From the NCBI GenBank assembly GCA_020137815.1, contig CM035355.1, positions 6,758,001 through 6,822,000 of the forward strand: DNA of 64,000 nt, given 5' to 3'. Positions within the stretch are counted from its first letter, which is position 1. Every line of letters begins with the position of its first letter. This DNA is from Hormiphora californensis (Eukaryota; Animalia; Ctenophora). Below the pieces are notes generated by a model. The model ran no database searches. It was not told the origin of the DNA and saw nothing but the letters and a program-made list of their open reading frames with translations. This document shows positions 35,801 through 44,711 of the stretch, one piece after another. The translations under genes and the position numbers were made by a program.

Positions 35801-38800
35801 ATCACGGAAGATGCTTGATACGAAATAACCCCTCTTCGTAACCAAGGAAGATGCCCGACTCTTAGTACCGGTTTCAGGACAAGTACCTTTGTCCGTTACT
35901 ATAGAGTTCACACCAGTAACATCGTATTTCTTTTGCCATTAGTTTTTATCGAGAGCGTAGTTCTTTTTTGACATTTTATCGGAAAACTCATCCTTTTGTT
36001 CATAAGATATAACAATTGTTTTGAAACTGATTTAGCATGGTAATACGTTTATATGCTTCAAAGACTATAGATAAACCGGGGCTAAACCATTTATTGAGTA
36101 GCCTAGTCAGACCTGGGTCATTGAAGCTGAAGCCTAATAAACGGATTTGCCACCTGGTTTAGAATGCTATTTCCTACTATAAAACCGTAGAGTTTTAGGA
36201 GACTCACCACCAGAAATCAAAACCAAGATGATTTTCTTCACTCTACTGATTGGAGTCTCCACGGCTCTAAATGCCGCTCCCGAGGTGCTTCAGTCTGCCC
36301 TGAGCAACCCTACCGCCTTCCGGGCCCTCTTTTCTGAGTACCAGGCTGCCGAAGGGAAGGAACTACGTCGAGGAGAGCAGAGGCTCCGAGCATCTATCTT
36401 CCGAGCCAACATCCAGGAGATTGCTGCCCATGACGCTGAAGAGGCTGGATGGTCCCAGGAGCTGAACATGTTCGCTGATATGACTGAAGAAGAGAAGGCC
36501 AGCTATACTGGATTCAACGCCTCCGCTATGGTGAGCGATGACGCTGATGATGATGTTCGACCCGGACCCCAGCTCGGAGACCCTGCTGAGAAGGACTGGA
36601 GGGGTGTTGCTGTGACCTCAATCAAGAACCAGGGCAACTGCGGATCTTGCTGGATCTTCTCCGGATTTGGAGCCCTCGAGGGACACTACAAGATCCAGGG
36701 AGGCAGTCTGACGGACTTTGCTGAGCAGGAGGGTCTCGACTGCATCAAGAGGGGTGGATGTAATGGTGGAATTATGAGTGATGTGTTTGACTGGCTGAAA
36801 AAGTCTGGCCGAGTTGGAGCTACCAAGGATATCCGATATACCGCCCGTCAGGGTTCCTGCAACTACAGCAACAAACCTAACGCCCTCACCGCCTTCAAAG
36901 TTACTGGTTACACCAACGCTAGGGGAGACAGTGCTCATGTTACCGCTCTTGCTACCTCAGGACCCCTGTCTGTTGGATACAGCGTTGCTAACGACTTCAT
37001 GCGGTATAGGGGAGGAATTTACGACAACAGGAACTGTAACGGCGGAGGTCACGCCGTCGTCAGTGTTGGTTATACCAGCACATACTTCCGAATGAAGAAC
37101 AGCTGGGGAACCCGATGGGGAGAGAGTGGATACTTCCGAATTGCCCGAGGAAACGTCTGTGGAATCACCAACATGGGATTCGCTCCCCGATTGTCTTCCA
37201 GCAGAATGAAAGAAGAGTGAGAAGATGATGATGGTAAGGAATGCCCCGAGGGATGGAAGATGTGTCCTGATGGCAAGTGCATTCATGTGCATTGGTTTTG
37301 TCAGTAATGATTAAGTTGTAGTTTAATTTTCTCGCAAAACTAATTCACCGTGTTTTACTATGCTTCAGTCAAACTTTTCAACACTACTTTAAACAAATTA
37401 ATTTGAGCAGGTAGATATGGTGATGTGACAGCCCCTATGGGCAGACCGAACGATATGGTAGTTATTCCAGTACGTCAAGAGGAGCTGACTCAGGCTGATT
37501 TGGATTGGTATGCGAGCCGGATCCTGACCATGGTCAAGTATGCAGGGATTCCTTCACCGGATTTAACCAGAAAGTTAGGGAGTAGCCCTGAGGATATCAG
37601 GGAAATACCGACATCTTTCAATATCCACTCATCCCACACGAAACGTGATTTGGCATCTGTATTAGAAGATGTATTTATGTCGACCTTGCCACTTCTAAAG
37701 TACTTCCAACATCGTTTCAACGTCGAGAAGTCGCCTGAGTTGGAATTAAAGGAAGAAAGAGATGAACTGTTGAGAAAGAGTTTGGAGTTGCAGAAAAAAG
37801 AGGAGATATTGAGAGTTGAGATGGATGACCTGTTGAGAAAGACTGTTAGGTTACAAGAGCAGGTCATTGAGCTTCAGGACACTCAACTACATCGAGTAAC
37901 CGAAACAGTGCAGAAAGATCTGCGCTCTTTCTCAACTGTCTTGACGCAGAATTGTAGGTCTGCTCTTGCACCGAAAAATATCAAGAAAGATGAAGGGAAA
38001 GCTCATGGCAAAAAAGTTGATTCGAGTCTAGATCCAGGCAGATCCAAAAATCTGATGGTGTTTGGTCTACCGGAAGTTGAGGCGGAATCTGAATCTGTGT
38101 TGAAATGTGAGATAGAGAATCTTTTGGCTGAGCTTGATGAGAAACCTATTGTTGTAGCTAAAAGGGTGGGTTTGAAACGGGAAGGAAGGGAGAGACCCGT
38201 GATCGTGAAGCTACAGAGTAGAGAAATGCTGCTGAGCCTTCTCCAGAAGGCTAGGCAGTTGAAACAGTCCGAATCGTACTGCGGTGTATACTTGTCAAGA
38301 GATATGTCACTCGCAGAGAGAACGGAGAGGAGGGAACTCCACCTTACATTGAAGGAGTTAAGGGAATCAAATCCCGAAAGACAATTTCGGATACGGAAAG
38401 GAGCGATAAACTTTTCATAGACTATCTTTATAAACTGGACTCTTAAATGGACTCATATCTTTGATCAACCGTTTTTTGCCCACAAAAAGGGGCTGATAAT
38501 TTTATACATCAAACTGTGTAAATTATTATATAGATTTAATAAATAATAATAAATACTATGCTTGCGATACACAACGATTATCTGGGGGAAGGGTTGCATA
38601 GGGAACAAAGACTAGACACCATTTTAATACTTCGCTCACTCTCTTTTTCACAGTCCATAACCCTAATATCCAAACCAAATCAACCATGAAACTTCAACCA
38701 ATGTAACCACCTTCAGATGCTAAAGTAAAGTGGTGCAAGCACCCTGACAGTTATCTGCACTACCACGTCAGGGGCCGATACGAGTACAAAATCCTCCAAA

Positions 38801-41800
38801 AAGCCAAAGCAGCCTGTTCTCGAAGAAGGGACTGTAGGGGAATAACCCAGGAGCCGTCACGTCACCTTAACATAGCATCGTAGAACCGCCAGAATCACAT
38901 GAGCACAGGAACACGGGAACACAGGAACACGGGAATACGGGAACACAGGAATACGGGAACACAGGAGCACGGGAACACGTGACATCATGGCTACTCACTC
39001 AGATGGATATGAGTCCCCGTATGTACAACGTCCTAAGCGTGCATACGCTTCAAGGGGTACTATCTCGGGATCGCCAGAATCACGGAAACACTGGAACACG
39101 GAATCACAGGAACACAGAATCACGGGAACACTGGAACACAAAGTTCATCGTTCACACATTCACGCATCACAGAGATTCATAAACACGATCATATTAAAAC
39201 TCAGGGACGGTCGATCACACAGACGAGACTCACACACGATGTTCAGTGGTGGGAGAGAGAAGAACCCCGAGAGAGAAGAATCTCTCTTCTGTCTCTCTTC
39301 ACTTCAGCTTAAATATCCCGTCAACAAAACAGTCACGTGACTTCTGTACCAGAAACAACAGGGGTACTACCAAACTTTGCGACACGCTCTCCGGACTAGA
39401 ACTGTTAACACCTTTCAAGTCAAGATGGCGGCCTATTCAGATTCATAGATCTGAATAACCTTCCCTAAAAACTAAACTAAACTCTACTAGTAACTCTGCC
39501 GATCTCACTAGCTCTCTCTGTTTATCAATGCATTCCACAGGTCTAACCGGGCTCTCTCAACACGTTCACATGTCAATAACATTCACATGTCAATAAGCAC
39601 CAGGTCATATCTAGAACTAAAGTAAGGGGACGGGGTGGACTTAGAGGTACGGGGAACATGGGCATCTCTCATATCCCACAGCACTATGTCTATATGTATT
39701 TTATAGTCTGTTGCTATAGAGTTCACACCAGTTAAATAATATTTCTTTTGCCTTTAGTTTTTATCGAGAGCGTAGTTCTTTTTGACATTTTATCGGAAAA
39801 CTCATCCTTTTGTTCATAAAATATAACAATTGTTTTGAAACTGATTTAGCATGGTAATACGTTTATATGCCTCAAAGACTATGGCTAAACCATTTATTGA
39901 GTAGCCGGGTCTGGGTCATTGAAGCTGAAGCCTAATAAACTGATTTGCCACCTGGTGTCGAATGGTTTTTCCTACTATAAAACCGTAGAGTGTGAGGGGA
40001 CTCACCACCAGAAATCAAAACCAAGATGATTTTCTTCACTCTACTGATTGGAGTCTCCACGGCTCTAAATGCTGCTCCCGATGTGCTTCAGTCTGCCTTG
40101 AGCAACCCTACCGCCTTCCGGGCTCTCTTTTCTGAGTACCAGGCTGCCGAAGGAAGGAACTACGTCCGAGGAGAGCAGAGGCTCCGAGCGTCTATCTTCC
40201 GAGCCAACATCCAGGAGATTGCTGCCCATGACGCTGAAGAGGCTGGATGGTCCCAGGAGCTGAACATGTTCGCTGATATGACTGAGGAAGAGAAGGCCAG
40301 CTATACTGGATTCAACGCCTCCGCTATGGTGAGCGATGACGCTGATGATGATGTTCGACCCGGACCCCAGCTGGGGAACCCTTCTGAGAAGGACTGGAGG
40401 GGTGTTGCTGTGACCTCAATCAAGAACCAGGGCAACTGCGGATCTTGCTGGATCTTCTCCGGATTTGGAGCCCTCGAGGGACACTACAAGATCCAGGGAG
40501 GCAGTCTGACGGACTTTGCTGAGCAGGAGGGTCTCGACTGCATCAAGAGGGGTGGATGTAATGGTGGAATTATGAGTGATGTGTTTGACTGGCTGAAAAA
40601 GTCTGGCCGAGTTGGAGCTACCAAGGATATCCGATATACCGCCCGTCAGGGTTCCTGCAACTACAGCAACAAACCTAACGCCCTCACCGCCTTCAAAGTT
40701 ACTGGTTACACCAACGCTAGGGGAGACAGTGCTCATGTTACCGCTCTTGCTACCTCAGGACCCCTGTCTGTTGGATACAGCGTTGCTAACGACTTCATGC
40801 GGTATAGGGGAGGAATTTACAACAACAGGAACTGTAACGGCGGAGGTCATGCCGTCGTCAGTGTTGGTTATACCAGCACATACTTCCGAATGAAGAACAG
40901 CTGGGGAACCCGATGGGGAGAGAGTGGATACTTCCGAATTGCCCGAGGAAACGTCTGCGGAATCACCAACATGGGATTCGCTCCCCGACTGGCTTCCACC
41001 GGAATGAAAGACGAGGGAGAAGAAGATGATGGTAAGGAATGGATTAAGGAATGCCCCGAGGGATGGAAGATGTGCCCAGATGGCAAATGTATTCATGTGC
41101 ATTGGTTTTGTCAGTAAATGATTAAGTTGTAGTTTAATTTTCTCGCAAAACTAATTTAACGTGTTCAACTATGATTGTGACACACAACGAGTGGGGGAAG
41201 GGTTGCATTTCCGAAAACATAGACCCTATTTATGCGGTCACCCTCGAAAACTGTAATTGAATTACAATAATTCCGATTAGATTAATAAGGCATGGGCAGG
41301 AAACAAACTCGATTCCATGGTACATAATACCCGCCGGTAGTAACCAATGTAACCACCTGCAGATGCTAAAGTAAAGTGGTGCAAGCACCCTGACAGCTAT
41401 CTGCACTACCACGTCAGGGGCCGATACGAGTACAAAATCCTCCTAAAAGCCAAAGCAGCCTGTTCTCGAAGAAGGGACTGTAGGGGAATAACCCAGGAGC
41501 CGTACAACGATAACATGTACACCCTGAGACAAGGACCCAAGCTTTACGAAGGGAGAAGTACTAATGGGGAGACTTCCTGGGTGGTTTGTTAACTGATGTC
41601 ATGAAGTTAGAATGTTTTTAATGCTGAAAAATAAGATTATATTTTATCATGAAACGATGTTTTCAATTTGAACATGTCCTCGGGTCTCTTCCAAACCCCT
41701 AACTTTACTTCTGTCTGTAGTTTCACACAAACATTTGTTAGTCGTTTTGTCAGAGATTTTATTAGCACTAAAAAGAAGTTATTGATCGGGTCATCCCAAC

Positions 41801-42388
41801 AGTGTTTTACCTGGCTGAAATTCTTCCCAATAAACCGTTTTGCATCGTAGATTGTCCTCATGGGATTAGTTTTGATTTGCTGCTCAGCCCGGTGTCCGGT
41901 ATACACTGTATTATCATCAACATACCCCACTATACTGGGGATGGTGCGCTTACCAGCACTATCCGCCAACACGTGGACCTGAATAGAATTAATTGTTAGA
42001 ATTTTTAAGTGTAGAGTGCAATTTCACTCTCACCTTATTGCAACACCATGGCTTCATACAGCAAGAAAAAATACCAATACAGCGTGAGTCACGTGAATGA
42101 CCACGCAAGCTGTACTGGCATACAGTACAACCCCCTTCTCCCCGCTCTCTCAGTACTGGGAAAACAAGGTTCAATCCTCTCTCACCTCGCCTGATCCCCT
42201 CTCTCAACACCCCTTTCCCGCCCCTCTCACCTCGCCTGATCCTGGTTGAAAGACTGCGACACAGCTGTAGGTGGTACCCAGGTCCACTCCCAGCATTACA
42301 GGTTTAGGGGGCTGGCAGGAAGTGATTCGTTACCATAGGTAGCGAAGAAGAGGACAGCCCCGGCTATACCGAGGTACTCGAAATTCAT
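32812..42388 (-). CDS. HSPA13: Hsp70-family ATPase HSPA13/STCH, multi-exon
   Basis: Hydrophobic N-terminus then [17 protein letters not shown]; [14 protein letters not shown]; LGGQDFN; [13 protein letters not shown]. Ends ...[10 protein letters not shown]...* with no substrate-binding domain, as in HSPA13. Confidence 0.92.
33425..33580. repeat. ~30-bp minisatellite at an HSPA13 splice acceptor
   Basis: Unit TAGGCAGGGTTGGGGGTCTAGGAACTTGGT, ~5 copies. Confidence 0.9.
33983..34285 (+). mobile_element. Short SL-headed retroposon-like insertion with 5' inverted duplication
   Basis: Perfect palindrome 34012-34106 made of two head-to-head copies of the 37-nt SL-like motif plus 10 nt. 14-bp direct repeat CACCTTACCAAAGA at 33983-33996 and 34272-34285. 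Confidence 0.7.
34090..34139 (+). ncRNA. Candidate minimal type I hammerhead ribozyme
   Basis: CTGATGA 34099-34105; GAAA 34122-34125; palindromic mini stem III AGTACT; stem I ATTTG(A)GGA / TCCCAAAT. Stem II is imperfect. Confidence 0.5.
36178..36184 (+). promoter_or_regulatory. Probable TATA box of protease copy A (equivalent at 39976-39982 for copy B)
   Basis: TATAAAA 50 nt upstream of the ATG in both copies. Confidence 0.55.
36228..37220 (+). CDS. Papain-family (C1A, cathepsin L-like) cysteine protease, copy A, C-terminally truncated
   Basis: Signal peptide, I29-type propeptide ([11 protein letters not shown]), [24 protein letters not shown] where copy B has GGA. Confidence 0.9.
   Translation: MIFFTLLIGVSTALNAAPEVLQSALSNPTAFRALFSEYQAAEGKELRRGEQRLRASIFRANIQEIAAHDAEEAGWSQELNMFADMTEEEKASYTGFNASAMVSDDADDDVRPGPQLGDPAEKDWRGVAVTSIKNQGNCGSCWIFSGFGALEGHYKIQGGSLTDFAEQEGLDCIKRGGCNGGIMSDVFDWLKKSGRVGATKDIRYTARQGSCNYSNKPNALTAFKVTGYTNARGDSAHVTALATSGPLSVGYSVANDFMRYRGGIYDNRNCNGGGHAVVSVGYTSTYFRMKNSWGTRWGESGYFRIARGNVCGITNMGFAPRLSSSRMKEE
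37366..38553 (+). mobile_element. SL-capped, ORF1-only non-autonomous retroposon
   Basis: TSD TACTATGCTT at 37356-37365 and 38554-38563. SL-like motif 37371-37407 at the 5' end; AATAAATAATAATAAA tail. Absent from the paralogous site at ~41165-41180. Confidence 0.88.
37437..38420 (+). CDS. LINE ORF1-like protein (coiled coil + RRM + CTD)
   Basis: Heptad coiled coil, then [12 protein letters not shown]...AKRVG...RPVIVKL...LLQKARQLK...[18 protein letters not shown]. This is the motif string of L1/L2/CR1-type ORF1 proteins. First in-frame ATG at 37437. Confidence 0.85.
   Translation: MGRPNDMVVIPVRQEELTQADLDWYASRILTMVKYAGIPSPDLTRKLGSSPEDIREIPTSFNIHSSHTKRDLASVLEDVFMSTLPLLKYFQHRFNVEKSPELELKEERDELLRKSLELQKKEEILRVEMDDLLRKTVRLQEQVIELQDTQLHRVTETVQKDLRSFSTVLTQNCRSALAPKNIKKDEGKAHGKKVDSSLDPGRSKNLMVFGLPEVEAESESVLKCEIENLLAELDEKPIVVAKRVGLKREGRERPVIVKLQSREMLLSLLQKARQLKQSESYCGVYLSRDMSLAERTERRELHLTLKELRESNPERQFRIRKGAINFS
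38902..39140 (+). repeat. Two tracts of short GGAA(C/T)AC(A/G) tandem repeats
   Basis: ~38902-38979 and ~39075-39140. Confidence 0.8.
40026..41117 (+). CDS. Papain-family (C1A, cathepsin L-like) cysteine protease, copy B, with Cys-rich tail
   Basis: Same catalytic motifs as copy A; tail [21 protein letters not shown]. Confidence 0.92.
   Translation: MIFFTLLIGVSTALNAAPDVLQSALSNPTAFRALFSEYQAAEGRNYVRGEQRLRASIFRANIQEIAAHDAEEAGWSQELNMFADMTEEEKASYTGFNASAMVSDDADDDVRPGPQLGNPSEKDWRGVAVTSIKNQGNCGSCWIFSGFGALEGHYKIQGGSLTDFAEQEGLDCIKRGGCNGGIMSDVFDWLKKSGRVGATKDIRYTARQGSCNYSNKPNALTAFKVTGYTNARGDSAHVTALATSGPLSVGYSVANDFMRYRGGIYNNRNCNGGGHAVVSVGYTSTYFRMKNSWGTRWGESGYFRIARGNVCGITNMGFAPRLASTGMKDEGEEDDGKEWIKECPEGWKMCPDGKCIHVHWFCQ
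41363..41592 (+). CDS. Putative exon encoding a small Cys-containing (PAN/apple-like) domain; truncated copy at 38717-38857
   Basis: After acceptor CACCTGCAG, open frame [75 protein letters not shown]. Not in the ORF track because it has no start codon. Confidence 0.55.
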
Positions 42389-42704
42389 CCTTGAAAAAGA
42401 GGGGAGGAGGGGGATTTAGTTAAGGGAAGATTTCATCAAAATCGGGATTCGGGGCTGTTCCCTTTCATGGAAGGGGGGGGGGGAGTTACTGAGCAAACGA
42501 AAAGAGCCAGCGTTTTAAAAGTTTGAAAATGAACTATCATAATAAAACATTTTACACAATTCAACTTCGTTAAAATAGAAAGATTATTAACTCACACTAG
42601 TTTTCAGAAGAAACTAATAGAAAGATATAGTTCAGGTTATAGGAGAGAATTTGGTTGTTCATTTTCTATCAAATAGGTCACGGGTATTGTAAACACAGCT
42701 CACA

Positions 42705-42765
42705 TATCACTTCATCAGTGTTCAGAGTCCAATTTGGTTTCCTCAGAACACGTCATCCTTACCAT
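42705..42765 (-). promoter_or_regulatory. SECIS element (type II-like) in MSRB1 3' UTR
   Basis: Minus strand ATGA-CGTGTTCTGAGG-AAA-CCAAATTGG-ACTCTGAACAC-TGAT: quartet, stem GTGTTC.GAG/CTC.GAACAC, apical AAA and mini-stem. Confidence 0.88.
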
Positions 42766-42891
42766 CGCCATGGTATCACGTGACACGTGCAATATATGAC
42801 GTCACGTGTCATTGTCACGCGTTATATAGCGTCACGTGTCACGCGTGATGAGGCGAGGAATGCGTGAGTGTCGAGTTTACTGGCCTCCCTC

Positions 42892-43604
42892 TTATTGATC
42901 CTCCTTAGGGACAAACTTGAGGGAGTCAGAGAATATTCAGAAACGGGAGCCACCTTTTGGTCCATCGCACAGGAACTGGTGGCCTAACCCTTGGTTGCAC
43001 TTGGCGCACAAAACCTGGGGGAGGGGGGATGAAATTAGTTAGAAATTGAGAACTACAGTGACTTTCTCTTCACACAATCACAAATATTATCAAATGTTCT
43101 AACCCTCCTTTACATTTGTGTGGGGCACGGTGACAGGACAAGGCAAACACTGGTTTATTTGCCGCACATTTTTATAGAATGAGGAGTACCTTTAGCGCCA
43201 TTTCCGTTTCATGATACTTTTTGAGACTCTCCTTTGATACGGGTTCAGTAAAGGCGGGCCAGGGGGAACTGTGTTTGTACTTTGAGGCGGATTTAAACAG
43301 TGGGTTGTCACACTTGCTACATACGTACATACCTGTTAGGACAATAGTGTTAGAGGGAGGGAGGGAGAGAGATGGGGAGTTATGAAGTCTAAATTTAAGC
43401 GACTGTGACTGTAATGTAGCTGGGAGCTAAACTGGGGTAGATGAATGTATTTGGAAATCGGGGGCAAGAAGAAAGGGAACACTAACCATTATCAAAGTGG
43501 TCCTTGTACTTTTCTCCCTTATCCCAGCCACAAAATGACATGATTGGTCGGGTACTACTGGCTGTTCCTCCCCTTGCTATCTGGCTAACGACTTGTCTGA
43601 GCAT
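42892..43604 (-). CDS. MSRB1: Selenoprotein methionine-R-sulfoxide reductase B1 (SelR/SelX), 3 exons
   Basis: Exons 43604-43487, 43332-43190, 43014-42892 give MSFC...YVCSKC...KYKHSSPWPAFTE...[37 protein letters not shown]. In-frame TGA at 42937-42939. Conserved start is ATG 43541; an upstream in-frame ATG lies at 43604. Confidence 0.93.
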
Positions 43605-43965
43605 CTACATACTGTTACAAATACGAGAATTATATTATTATTAGGTAACATTTGGGTTAACGAGTTGGCGAGGTAACATGTGAGTTAACAAGATGGGGAG
43701 TGGGTATAACTGAGTGGAGTAAAACAACAATTCAAGGTAAACATAGCACAATAAGTTATAAGATAATAACTTACAACATCACACGGCTTGATATACATAT
43801 ATCGCAATAAAATGTTCTCTGAAAAAAGATCTCTCGGAATCGGGCCGTAGGAAAGCAATGTACGGACGATTCAGTCATGACAAATAAAAGGGTATACACG
43901 TTAACCTCACACATACAAAACAAAAATAGCAAAATATATAAAGCGGACAACCTAACTCACACCTG

Positions 43966-44711
43966 TCATCGGGTCATATATAAACTATCATATAGCGCCC
44001 TTTCCAACCTGAACAGAAGCTGTTCTGATTGGGGTTGACCAGGAGTAAAGGGATTCGATCTGATATACTCTGCAGCAGCTTCCGTAAACTGTTCCATGTT
44101 TACTCTTTGGATGGGAATCGCAACTGGTCGTGCCCTTATTTGGTCTGGTTGTTCACCTGCCCTAATTTGGTCTGGTTGTTCAGGTGCCCTTATTTGGTCT
44201 GCTTGTTCACCAGCCCTTATTTGGTCTGCTTGTTCACGGGGTACATTTACCACACGAGCGATTGGAAGTTGCCTTCCCATCATTGGGAACACACGGGGGA
44301 TAAAATCTCTAACAGGTCTTGGAATGTCTCTGCCGATAGCTCTGGGGATTGCTCTATTAACCATGGGAATTTGTATTTGTATTACAGGTCTGGGAATGTG
44401 CCTAACAGGTCTCGGAACGTGTCCAGGAGGTCTCGGATCGGGAATCTCTATCACTGGATCAGGATCAGGAATTTCTACCACTTCATCATCATCATCTTCC
44501 ACTTCTTCTAAAAGGAAAACTGTTAGATTGCGAAAAAGAATATAAGATTAAGTGATTGTGGTAAAAAGGACAGGGAACAAAACGTACCGTTAACAATAGG
44601 TCGATTATTCGTTACAACCACTGATGGTTGTCTTCGTAGACGGGTAGGAAGAGTGATCGAAGCCGTTCGCCTGTGACGATAAGTGGTTAGCTGTATTATG
44701 GCGTTAATCAT
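43966..44711 (-). CDS. Orphan Pro/Arg-rich protein with 9-aa repeats (probably 2 coding exons)
   Basis: Exon 44711-44588 ends at a GTACGT donor that is phase-compatible with a TTTTAG acceptor into the 43966-44502 ORF. EQ(A/P)DQIRA x4. Confidence 0.5.

Larger units (their letters stand above)
35899..41503 (+). repeat. Tandem segmental duplication: unit A 35899-38857 (includes a 1.2-kb insertion), unit B 39714-41503
   Basis: Both units start CTATAGAGTTCACACCAGT and end ACCCAGGAGCCGT; promoter, protease ORF and 3' flank are near-identical. Confidence 0.92.

Noticed and set aside
34060-37420. SL copies as genuine SL-RNA genes
   Set aside because: Neither is followed directly by a GT donor (GACTG at 34097; CAGGT at 37408), I see no Sm-site cassette, and both sit in direct-repeat-bounded inserts.
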